From the NCBI GenBank assembly GCA_965660675.1, contig CBFIAU010000011.1, positions 12,379 to 76,378 of the forward strand: DNA of 64,000 bases, given 5' to 3'. The notes under the pieces were generated by a model. That model was not told the DNA's origin. It saw nothing but the letters and a program-made list of their open reading frames with translations, and ran no database searches. The DNA comes from Candidatus Puniceispirillales bacterium. GTDB taxonomy: Bacteria > Pseudomonadota > Alphaproteobacteria > Puniceispirillales > UBA1172. Below, one piece after another: positions 1-9,001 of the stretch. The translations under genes were made by a program, and so were the position numbers. Each line of letters starts with the position of its first letter. The first letter of the stretch is position 1.

Positions 1-1525
1 GGCATCAAGATTGCCGCCAAGCTGAATATCGGTGCCGCGACCAGCCATGTTAGTGGCAATGGTAACACTGCCCGGAATACCAGCATCAGCGATAATCATC
101 GCTTCTTGTTCATGAAACTTCGCGTTCAGCACCTGATGCGGAATTTTCTGTTGCTTCAGCTCACGCGACAGCAGTTCCGATTTTTCAATACTGACCGTGC
201 CAACAAGAATAGGCTGACCACGATCACGGCAATCCATAATCTGATCAATCACCGCCTGGTCACGTTCGGCGCTGGTCCGATACACTTCATCATGATGATC
301 TTTTCGGGTAACGGGTTTATTGGTTGGAATAGCGACCACAGATAATCCATAGATTTCTGAAAACTCGCCAGCCTCGGTCATCGCCGTTCCTGTCATCCCG
401 GCCAGTTTTTTGTAAAGCCTGAACAGGTTTTGATAGGTGATAGATGCCAGTGTCTGATTCTCTGGCATGACATCAAGCTCTTCCCGCGCTTCTAATGCCT
501 GATGCAGACCTTCGCCAAATCGGCGGCCTTCCATAGCACGTCCAGTAAACTCATCAATAATGACGATTTTGGACTGTTTGATCATATAATGGGTGTCGCG
601 CTGAAACAAATGATGCGCCCGCAAACCCATATTGATGTGATGCAACAGCGAAATGTTTTCCGCATCAAAAAGACTGCCAGATGTGATTAATCCAGCATCT
701 ATCAAAATCTGCTCAGCATGTTCAGTGCCTTCATCAGTCAAGGTTACATTGCGCTGTTTTTCATCAACAACAAAATCACTCTCAATAAACTTGGGGATGA
801 GCTTATCAACAGCGACATATAACTCCGATGAAGTTTCCGCCTGACCAGAGATAACAAGCGGCGTTCTTGCCTCATCAATGAGAATCGAGTCAACCTCATC
901 AACAATCGCAAAATAAGGCTCACGCTGAACCATATCTTCGAGCCTGAACTTCATGTTATCGCGAAGATAATCAAAGCCAATCTCATTATTCGTCGCATAG
1001 GTGACATCTGCCGCATAAGCGACACGGCGCTCTTCATCTGTCATGCCTGATTTGATACAGCCGACAGTTAATCCCAGAAATTGATAAATCTGCCCCATCC
1101 ACTGGCTATCACGCTCAGCCAGATAATCATTCACGGTCACCACATGAACGCCTCTTTTGGTCAAGGCATTTAGATAAACGGCCAATGTCGCAACAAGGGT
1201 TTTGCCCTCACCTGTTTTCATCTCAGTGATCTGGCCTTTGTGAAGCACGATGCCGCCCATCATCTGAACATCAAAATGGCGTTGGCCAATGCTTCGCTTA
1301 GCTGCCTCACGGACGGTCGCAAAGGCTTCGGGGAGCAGCTCATCCAATGATGCGCCATCTGCGAGTTTTTGGCGCAATACATCAGTTTGCGCCCTTATTG
1401 TCGTATCATCCCATTCGGCAATCTGATCTTCGAGTCCATTGATCTTGTCAACCAAGGGTAACATTTCCTTGATATTGCGATCATTGCTATTGCCAAAAAG
1501 GGCTTTTTTGAGAGAAGAAAACATG
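1..1525 (-). CDS. secA: Preprotein translocase ATPase SecA, N-terminal ~508 codons; the 3' end lies beyond the window edge
   Basis: Absent from the ORF track because there is no in-window stop. The reverse complement from ATG 1525-1523 reads [29 protein letters not shown]...[39 protein letters not shown]...[11 protein letters not shown]...[23 protein letters not shown], and at the edge ...[20 protein letters not shown]. These are SecA Walker A, DEVD and motif VI. The frame is open to position 1. Confidence 0.95.
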
Positions 1526-1726
1526 TGACTTAACTTAATATAGGTGTTTCCAAAATAGAGTACAATAGTCATACCCCATAGGGTGCGTCTTGGCTATTGT
1601 CAATATTTGCTATGGATTAAAGAGCAAGGCATAAAAAATCCTTTTTCTGAACAGTTGCTACAACAGCCTCAACATGATAGCGATAGTGTATATTAATACC
1701 TGTTATTTCAAACGTCTTTTCATCCC

Positions 1727-1782
1727 CGGTCAGACCTTAATGGTCAGACCTTAACGGCCATACCTTTACGGCCAGACCTATT
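1727..1782. repeat. Tandem repeat, four ~14-nt units, directly upstream of the PPIase gene
   Basis: Read directly: CGGTCAGACCTTAA / TGGTCAGACCTTAA / CGGCCATACCTTTA / CGGCCAGACCTATT. Followed by AGGAG (1785-1789) and ATG at 1796. Confidence 0.85.
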
Positions 1783-1795
1783 TTAGGAGCATCCT

Positions 1796-2707
1796 ATGGC
1801 TATTCTTACATCACCCCAGCGTTTATTGGCATGGTTTGGCTGTTGCACCGTTTTTATTGTATCAACCGTGATCGCAACGGCGGCGTTTCAACCCATGGCA
1901 CAGGCACAAGACACGGGCTCAACCGCCGATCCAACCAATGATATCTCAAAAATTGTTGCGACCATTGATGGTGACGATATTACGCTAAATCTGGTGATAG
2001 CCATGATGAGCCAACTGCCTCCGCAATATCGCAACCAACCTTTTGAAGTCTTATATGAGCCTGTGCTTGATGACATTATTGACACACGGCTTGCCGCCGC
2101 CGCCGCCAAACGAGGCGGCATTGCCGATGATCCCTTGATTGAGGAGCTAGCGCAACGAGCATATGATCGGGTGATGGCAGAAGCATGGATTAGCCTGGAA
2201 ATTCAGCAGAATATTACCGATGAAATGGTTGAGGCGCGGTATGCTGAACTGGCAAGTGATTTGACGCTACGCGAAGAGATTAGCGCGCGTCATATTCTGG
2301 TGACTAGCGAAGATGAGGCTAATGCCATCATCACGCGGCTTAATAATGGTGAAGATTTTGCGTCCCTTGCCACTGAATTATCAACCGGGCCCAGTGCTCC
2401 TAATGGCGGCAATCTAGGGTTTTTCAAACGTGGGGATATGGTTCCTGATTTCTCTGATGCGGCCTTTGCGCTAGAGGTCGATAGCTATTCTGAGGAGCCT
2501 GTTGAAAGCAATTTTGGCTGGCATGTTATCAAAGTTGACGATAAAAGAGTGCTTGATTTGCCGCCCCTTGATAATATCCGTAGTCAGCTGGTTGAGATTA
2601 TGACCTCTGAGCTGGCAACGCAGCTTGCTGATGAGCTATATGAAAAGGCAACAATCAGACGTCTTAGCGTTGATAAAATTATATCAGCATCAGAGGCAAC
2701 CGAATAA
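1796..2707 (+). CDS. Secreted parvulin-type peptidyl-prolyl cis-trans isomerase (SurA/PpiC-like)
   Basis: N-terminal signal-like segment LLAWFGCCTVFIVSTVIATAAFQPMAQA. Rotamase domain ISARHILV...GGNLGFFKRGDMVPDFSDAAF...NFGWHVIKV. Confidence 0.85.
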   Translation: MAILTSPQRLLAWFGCCTVFIVSTVIATAAFQPMAQAQDTGSTADPTNDISKIVATIDGDDITLNLVIAMMSQLPPQYRNQPFEVLYEPVLDDIIDTRLAAAAAKRGGIADDPLIEELAQRAYDRVMAEAWISLEIQQNITDEMVEARYAELASDLTLREEISARHILVTSEDEANAIITRLNNGEDFASLATELSTGPSAPNGGNLGFFKRGDMVPDFSDAAFALEVDSYSEEPVESNFGWHVIKVDDKRVLDLPPLDNIRSQLVEIMTSELATQLADELYEKATIRRLSVDKIISASEATE

Positions 2708-2772
2708 ACGCCAATAAAAGCATTTGTATAAGATATGGTATAAGAAATAGTAACGCAAATTTAGGTCATGTT

Positions 2773-4005
2773 ATGAAACGATCTCCATTGGCGCCCTCTG
2801 TCCAGTCGCCGCTTACTGCTGTTGATGGCGCTCAGCTCAATACAGCGCATACAGGAATAAAATATAAAGACCGCGATGATGTGATGATCATGTGCTTTGA
2901 TCAGCCGGTTGCTGTGGCGGCGGTATTAACCCGATCGCTGACCGCATCTGCGCCTGTTGATTGGTGCCGAAAGGTTCTATCGAAAGGCCAGACCAGAGCG
3001 ATTTTATGTAATGCCGGTAATGCCAATGCCTTTACCGGTGCGGCAGGGGCGGTGGCGGCAGAACGCTGCGCGCAAGCTGTGGCAGAGGCGGGTGGATATT
3101 CAGCCGACCAAGTTATGCTGGCCTCAACCGGGGTCATAGGTGAGGTCTTGCCAGATGATCTGATCATCCCGCATATTGCCGCGCTGATGGCAAACTCAGC
3201 CAGCACCGACAGCAAATGGCTAGCTGCCGCTGAGGCTATTCGGACAACCGATACATTCGCCAAAGCCGCCAGCCGCCAAACCAACATTGGCGGTACCATT
3301 ATCACCATCACCGGCATTGCCAAAGGCTCAGGGATGATTGCCCCTGATATGGCCACCATGCTTAGCTTTATTGCAACTGACGCTGATCTGCCATCAGCGG
3401 TTCTGCAAGATGTGCTGTCACGCCTCACCGACCAAAGTTTTAATGCCATAACCGTAGATGGGGATACCTCAACCAGCGATACGGTCATCATGGTAGCCAC
3501 CGCAAGCGCGAAGCACCCGCCTGTTGCTTCTGCTCATGATGATGTCTTGGCTGATTTTTGTGAGGCGCTGAAAAGCCTGATGGTAGAGCTGGCAACCTTA
3601 ATCGTTCGTGATGGCGAAGGCGCCACGAAATTAATCCAGATCAATGTTAGCGGGGCAGATCATGATGCGGCCGCTAAACGCATTGGATTGACGATTGGCA
3701 ATTCACCACTGGTCAAAACTGCGATTGCTGGCGAAGACGCCAATTGGGGACGGATTGTCATGGCGGTTGGCAAATCTGGCGAAAAAGCCGATCGTGACAG
3801 ATTAGAAATTGCTATTGGCGGTGTTGCGATCACCCGTGATGGGATGTGTCGGCCTGATTACGATGAAAGCATGGTGACTGCCCATATGAAAGGTGATGAG
3901 ATTTGCATTGACGTCAATCTCAATATCGGGGCAGGGCAAGCGACAATCTGGACATGTGACCTGACCCAGCAATATATTATTATCAATGCTGATTATCGAA
4001 GCTAA
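2773..4005 (+). CDS. argJ: Bifunctional glutamate N-acetyltransferase / amino-acid acetyltransferase ArgJ
   Basis: 410 aa. Contains GIAKGSGMIAPDMATMLSFIATDA (self-cleavage ATML site) and the C-terminal NADYRS typical of ArgJ. Confidence 0.93.
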   Translation: MKRSPLAPSVQSPLTAVDGAQLNTAHTGIKYKDRDDVMIMCFDQPVAVAAVLTRSLTASAPVDWCRKVLSKGQTRAILCNAGNANAFTGAAGAVAAERCAQAVAEAGGYSADQVMLASTGVIGEVLPDDLIIPHIAALMANSASTDSKWLAAAEAIRTTDTFAKAASRQTNIGGTIITITGIAKGSGMIAPDMATMLSFIATDADLPSAVLQDVLSRLTDQSFNAITVDGDTSTSDTVIMVATASAKHPPVASAHDDVLADFCEALKSLMVELATLIVRDGEGATKLIQINVSGADHDAAAKRIGLTIGNSPLVKTAIAGEDANWGRIVMAVGKSGEKADRDRLEIAIGGVAITRDGMCRPDYDESMVTAHMKGDEICIDVNLNIGAGQATIWTCDLTQQYIIINADYRS

Positions 4006-4439
4006 TGCCGCAACAGCCTAAAAATCCGAACCCATTGGCAAAACCGCAATTATTAGTTAGCGCCGCCGCCTTAATTGATAGTGATGGCAGAGTGTTGCTA
4101 GCCAAGCGTCCAGAAGGCAAAGCTATGGCCGGGTTGTGGGAGTTTCCGGGCGGCAAGGTTGAGCCGGGCGAGACCCCTGAAAAGGCCCTGATCAGAGAGC
4201 TGAAAGAGGAGCTGGCGATCAATACAATCACGTCATGTCTGGCGCCATTGGCGTTTGCTAGTCATGATTATGATGATATGCATCTGATCCTGTTGCTTTA
4301 TGCGTGCAGGCGCTGGCATGGGCAAGCTATCCATCAAGAAGGGGGTGAGATCGCATGGGTGAGAGCCCCGCGGTTACGCGACTACCCCATGCCGGCTGCG
4401 GATATTCCGTTAATATCCATGCTTCAGGATTGGCTTTAA
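4005..4439 (+). CDS. mutT: NUDIX hydrolase, MutT-like 8-oxo-dGTP diphosphatase
   Basis: Nudix box GGKVEPGETPEKALIRELKEELAI. Start overlaps the argJ stop (TAATG). Confidence 0.85.
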   Translation: MPQQPKNPNPLAKPQLLVSAAALIDSDGRVLLAKRPEGKAMAGLWEFPGGKVEPGETPEKALIRELKEELAINTITSCLAPLAFASHDYDDMHLILLLYACRRWHGQAIHQEGGEIAWVRAPRLRDYPMPAADIPLISMLQDWL

Positions 4440-4458
4440 GGCTGGCTTTAGGATACGG

Positions 4459-5379
4459 CTAGTCTTGTTGATTATCCTGATCTGAGTTTAGAAAGTCCCC
4501 TAAATGCACTTCTGCTGACCCCGGTTTAAGCGGTTTCGGCTGATCAGGTGATGGCGACCATGCGGTTAATGTGATCAGCTCAATCTCCGCGCTGATCCGT
4601 TGATCATCGGTTTGAAAGCGGTCTTGATAGAGCTTTATAGCCTGCATCATTGTATCTTTTCTGGTCATATGGTTAGCTCGCCCCAATAGCGCATTAGTCT
4701 CCCCCATTTGCCGCAATTCGCGCATCATATGAAAGGGATCAGGCCAAGTAATCGAAAGCGTGTCACTATCAGCAACCGGCAAGCCAAAGCCCGCCCGCCC
4801 AAGCAAGCCGCCTAAATCACGGATATCAGCCATTGGTAAGACGCGAGGCGATAAGCCGCCAGCGGTTTGGCTTTCCGCCTCAGCAAGACATGACCGCAAG
4901 CCGCTAAAGCTCACCCCTCCTGCCATTGATAACAGCAGTAATCCATCAGGCTTAAGCCATTGCCGCATCCGCGCCAGCATCCCCGGCAAATCATTAACCC
5001 AATGCAGTGAGAAGGCCGACATAATGGCATCAAATGTCGCCTCACCAAACATCATATTATCATAATCAACAACACATGATGGTGTATCAGCCGCCGTGTA
5101 GCGCGCCATACCATGCGCTGGATCAGCGCAAATCACCCGATCAACTTTTCCTGATGCAAGGGCCGCTTTGGTCATTTCACCATGATGTGAGCCTAGATCA
5201 AGGACAAGCGGGAAATGGCGTTTAACGATCTCCAGGCGATCAGCCAATCGGTCGGCGGCAGCTTGTTTAAGAAAATTGACATTGCCAAACCCGGCGGCGG
5301 CGCGTTCACGATGCCGGCGATGGGCAAGCGTATCAATTAATTGAGGAACATGTGCGGTCATGGCTGTCGTCACTATCAA
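4459..5379 (-). CDS. Class I SAM-dependent methyltransferase
   Basis: Motif I-like VLDLGSHHG, later FDAIMSAFSLHWVNDLPGML (BioC/UbiE-like fold). Start uncertain (M1 or M7). Confidence 0.7.
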   Translation of the reverse strand: MIVTTAMTAHVPQLIDTLAHRRHRERAAAGFGNVNFLKQAAADRLADRLEIVKRHFPLVLDLGSHHGEMTKAALASGKVDRVICADPAHGMARYTAADTPSCVVDYDNMMFGEATFDAIMSAFSLHWVNDLPGMLARMRQWLKPDGLLLLSMAGGVSFSGLRSCLAEAESQTAGGLSPRVLPMADIRDLGGLLGRAGFGLPVADSDTLSITWPDPFHMMRELRQMGETNALLGRANHMTRKDTMMQAIKLYQDRFQTDDQRISAEIELITLTAWSPSPDQPKPLKPGSAEVHLGDFLNSDQDNQQD

Positions 5380-5464
5380 TAGTTATATTATCATAACATG
5401 CCTTGATCATAAAAACACCGCTGCATTAGGGTTTTATTAATCTTTTGCAGGCATAATATGTTTT

Positions 5465-6214
5465 ATGTGTGCTTGGTCATCTCTTATTCGTCATGAAACT
5501 TATCGTGGCATTAACCTGCTTATTCCCCCACAATGCCCAGCCTGTCATGCGATTATTGATGATGATGGGTTATGTGGGCAATGCTGGTCACAGATTAAAC
5601 GCATAGCGCCGCCATTATGCCAGCAATGCGGCAAGAGATTTGCCTTTACCAATGCCTTTAGCGATGGGGATAATCGGTGTGGACGTTGCCTGACTGCGCC
5701 ACCTGATTTTGATCATGCTATTGCTGCGTTCAAATATAATGCGATGTCACGCCTGCTCATTCTGGGCTTGAAATATGCGAGGCGTCATGACGTTACCCCA
5801 ACCATGGCACGCATGATGGCTAATGCTGGCGCTGAATTACTGGATAAATCAGACTGGATTATTCCTTTGCCCTTGCACTGGACACGCTATGTTCAGCGGG
5901 GCTTTAATCAATCGGCAGAACTGGCGCGAGCGGCAATGAAAGCCGCCAATATTGCCAACCGAAAATATCGCCCTGATATCCTCAAGCGGATGAAGAAAAC
6001 CGAAAGCCAAGGCTATAAAACTCGCAAGCAGCGGCGGCAAAACCTGCAAAGCGCGTTTCGGGTAACTGATAAATCCAGATGCTTAAATGGTGCCTCAGTG
6101 GTGATTATTGATGATGTTCTGACGACAGGGGCAAGTCTATCATCAGCGGCAAGGTGCTTGAAAAAGGCGGGCGCAAAAGAGGTTGCTGTTCTTATCGCTG
6201 CTCGTGTAGGTTAG
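5465..6214 (+). CDS. comF: ComF family protein (phosphoribosyltransferase fold with N-terminal Cys-rich zinc-finger-like region)
   Basis: CPACH...CGQCW...CQQCG...CGRC cysteine pairs. PRTase motif VVIIDDVLTTGASL. Confidence 0.85.
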   Translation: MCAWSSLIRHETYRGINLLIPPQCPACHAIIDDDGLCGQCWSQIKRIAPPLCQQCGKRFAFTNAFSDGDNRCGRCLTAPPDFDHAIAAFKYNAMSRLLILGLKYARRHDVTPTMARMMANAGAELLDKSDWIIPLPLHWTRYVQRGFNQSAELARAAMKAANIANRKYRPDILKRMKKTESQGYKTRKQRRQNLQSAFRVTDKSRCLNGASVVIIDDVLTTGASLSSAARCLKKAGAKEVAVLIAARVG

Positions 6215-6251
6215 CATGATAGCCAATAACGAAATAACGAAATAGCGCGAC

Positions 6252-7088
6252 ATGTTATTACAGATTGCTAATTGCCAATATACTGCCCTTGCTGATGATC
6301 AGGCTACCTGTGCGATCGTTCTGCCAATGATAGCAGAGGCGGCAAATAAAGGCGCTGATTTGATCTGCCTGCCCGAATGCGCCAGCCGTCTTGATCCGAA
6401 CAGCGCCTCATTGATGGCCAATAGCCAGACAGAAGATAACAGCATCAGCCTGGCCATGTTTCGAGAGGCCGCAAGAACACATAAAAAATGGGTGCTGGTT
6501 GGCTCTATTTTGCTGAAATCAGAAACCCGTGATGACATGATGGTTAATCGTGGGTTCTTGATTACCCCTGATGGTGATATCCGCGCGCGTTACGATAAAA
6601 TCCATATGTTTGATGTATCGGTTAATGATGGTCAAACCTATCACGAATCGCGCCGCTTTATTGCTGGTGATACCTCTGTTCTAGTCAATATAGATGGCTG
6701 GCGACTTGGCATGACCATTTGCTATGATCTGCGCTTTCCTTATCTGTATCGTCAGCTGGCACGTAACGGTGCTGATGTTATTACCATTCCTGCGGCTTTT
6801 ACCAAAGTCACCGGCATGGCGCATTGGCATAGTCTGATGCAAGCAAGAGCGATAGAAAATGCTGTCTTTATTGTCAGCCCAGCGCAATGCGGCACCCATG
6901 CTGGTGGCCGCCAGACCTATGGTCATGCGTTGGTGGTTGATCCTTGGGGCAAGGTGCTAAGCGATGCCGGAGAGCATCCGACATTGACCGTAACATCTGT
7001 TGATTTGGATGCGGTTCAGAAAGCGCGCGCGGCTATTCCGTCATTAACGCATGACCGGGAGGATGATATTCGGCTAGATATCGTCTGA
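6252..7088 (+). CDS. Carbon-nitrogen hydrolase (nitrilase superfamily amidohydrolase)
   Basis: Glu-Lys-Cys triad context: DLICLPE..., YDKIHMFD, RLGMTICYDLRFP. Confidence 0.85.
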   Translation: MLLQIANCQYTALADDQATCAIVLPMIAEAANKGADLICLPECASRLDPNSASLMANSQTEDNSISLAMFREAARTHKKWVLVGSILLKSETRDDMMVNRGFLITPDGDIRARYDKIHMFDVSVNDGQTYHESRRFIAGDTSVLVNIDGWRLGMTICYDLRFPYLYRQLARNGADVITIPAAFTKVTGMAHWHSLMQARAIENAVFIVSPAQCGTHAGGRQTYGHALVVDPWGKVLSDAGEHPTLTVTSVDLDAVQKARAAIPSLTHDREDDIRLDIV

Positions 7089-8027
7089 GCCGAATTGAAG
7101 ATATTTGGCGCGCCGATCAGCGATCAGCTCTTGGCTTGATTTGCCGTCAACCTCAGCCAGTTCACTGGCAATCGCATCACCCAGGTTTTTGATAGCCGTA
7201 TCAGGATCACGATGCGCCGCGCCCAATGGCTCAGACACGATGGCATCAATAACGCCAAGCGACATCATGTCTTTAGCGGTGAGCTTTAATGCCTCCGAGG
7301 CGTCTTTGGCATGATCAGCGCTCCGCCATAAAATAGACGCGCAACCTTCGGGTGAGATAACCGAATATACCGCATGTTCAAACATGATGACGCGGTTTCC
7401 TGTTGCCAGCGCGATCGCACCACCAGAACCGCCCTCACCAATAATAGCGGAAATCAATGGTGTTTTCAGATTAAGACAGGCCTGAATAGACCTGGCAATC
7501 GCCTCAGCCTGCCCGCGTTCCTCAGCCCCCCGGCCAGGATACGCGCCGGCGGTATCAACCAGCGATATGACAGGCAATCCATAGCGGCCAGCCAGTTCCA
7601 TCAGCCGCCGCGCCTTACGATATCCTTCAGGCCGAACCATCCCAAAATTGCGCTTGATGCGATCTTCGGTTGTATGCCCCTTTTCCGTGCCAATAATAGC
7701 CACCGGCTTATCACGAAAGCGGCCAAGACCCGTAATTAAGGCATGATCTTCACGATAATTACGATCACCTGCCATGGGAATGAAATCGGTAAACAGATTA
7801 GCAATAATCGTGGTGATTTTTGGACGATCAGGATGCCGCGCAACCTGAACCTTTTCCCATGGTTTTAGCTGAGCATAAGCTTGAGTCAGCTCTTTGGTAA
7901 TCTTTGACTGAAGTCGGCTAACCTCATCAGCGATATTAATCTCACCTTCAGAGGACAGATGCCGCAATTCTTCTATCTTGCCTTCCAGAACAGCAATAGG
8001 TTTTTCAAAATCAAGAAATTGACGCAT
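7074..8027 (-). CDS. accA: Acetyl-CoA carboxylase carboxyltransferase subunit alpha
   Basis: 317 aa. MRQFLDFEKPIAVLEGKIEELR..., ARHPDRP, GAYPGRGAEERGQAEAIA, IGEGGSGGALA-like motif. Confidence 0.95.
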   Translation of the reverse strand: MRQFLDFEKPIAVLEGKIEELRHLSSEGEINIADEVSRLQSKITKELTQAYAQLKPWEKVQVARHPDRPKITTIIANLFTDFIPMAGDRNYREDHALITGLGRFRDKPVAIIGTEKGHTTEDRIKRNFGMVRPEGYRKARRLMELAGRYGLPVISLVDTAGAYPGRGAEERGQAEAIARSIQACLNLKTPLISAIIGEGGSGGAIALATGNRVIMFEHAVYSVISPEGCASILWRSADHAKDASEALKLTAKDMMSLGVIDAIVSEPLGAAHRDPDTAIKNLGDAIASELAEVDGKSSQELIADRRAKYLQFGSDDI

Positions 8028-8065
8028 ATCTCATCACCATTAATATATAGTTAATTATAACCGCA

Positions 8066-9001
8066 TCAGGACTCATCAGCAAGAGGATGCGTATCCTTTA
8101 CTAATCCCATGAGCCGATCATCACGGGTTTTTGTATAAATCTCCGTTGTCGAAATATCCGAATGACCAAGCAAAACTTGCAGTGACCGCAGATCAGCGCC
8201 TCGATTAAGCATATGGGTCGCAAAGGAATGACGCAAAACATGTGGGCTGATTTTATCCGGGTCAATACCGGCTTTAATGGCCAGCTCTTGCAGTAAAGTA
8301 TAGATTTTCTGACGGCTAATCGGTTTACCCTGCCGCCCTGACGGAAACAGCCAGCGCAAGGTTAAATTGGCTGGCACTTGGTCACGTTGCTCAATCCATG
8401 CGGTTGCCACTTGCAAAGCGGTTTCGGTCAAGGCGACCATGCGTTCTTTTTTGCCTTTGCCCGTGATGATCAGCGTCTTTCGGCGATGCCGAAATGGCGA
8501 TACCTCAAGCTGACATAACTCACTCACGCGACAGCCTGTGGCATATAATATCTCAATAATCGCCAGCATCATGATGCCGTGCGTGCTATTATCTTTCTCA
8601 GCTGTATGGATAAGCAACATCAGCTCATCTTCGCTCAGACTTTTGGGAAGCGAGGCGCCTTGTTTTGGTCTGTTAATTAACTGAAACGGGTTATCTTTGC
8701 GCTTTTTCTCAGCCACCAGAAATGCCATAAACCCCTTAATAGCGCTTATTCGGCGTGACAAAGACGCAGCCGATAGCTGATCCGCCCAATCCACCATTGA
8801 GGCTCTGACCATAGCAAGCGATACGGTTATGATGCTTTGCTTGCGCGCCTCTAAAGCCACCGCAAATTGTTCCAGATCAGATTGATAGGCTGCGATGGTG
8901 TTATTAGCAATTTGCTTCTCCGCTTTCATTGCAGTCAGATAATCTGTGATTAAATGGTGATGCGCCGGGCTAATCTCTAATGGGTTAGCTTGCTGTGCCA
9001 T
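8066..9001 (-). CDS. xerD: Site-specific tyrosine recombinase XerD
   Basis: ORF trimmed to ATG 9001 (MAQQANPLEISPAHHHLITDYL...). C-terminal catalytic region HVLRHSFATHMLNRGADLRSLQVLLGHSDISTTEIYT. Housekeeping context next to accA. Confidence 0.88.
   Translation of the reverse strand: MAQQANPLEISPAHHHLITDYLTAMKAEKQIANNTIAAYQSDLEQFAVALEARKQSIITVSLAMVRASMVDWADQLSAASLSRRISAIKGFMAFLVAEKKRKDNPFQLINRPKQGASLPKSLSEDELMLLIHTAEKDNSTHGIMMLAIIEILYATGCRVSELCQLEVSPFRHRRKTLIITGKGKKERMVALTETALQVATAWIEQRDQVPANLTLRWLFPSGRQGKPISRQKIYTLLQELAIKAGIDPDKISPHVLRHSFATHMLNRGADLRSLQVLLGHSDISTTEIYTKTRDDRLMGLVKDTHPLADES

Noticed and set aside
5465-6214. ComF as evidence for a competence or DNA-uptake system.
   Set aside because: It is a single gene in the conserved methyltransferase/comF/nitrilase housekeeping context. 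No comEA/comEC/pil genes are in the window.
8066-9001. The tyrosine recombinase as a marker of an integrated mobile element or phage.
   Set aside because: The sequence and context (accA neighbour, no att-like repeats, no phage, IS or tRNA genes) fit the housekeeping XerD dimer resolvase.
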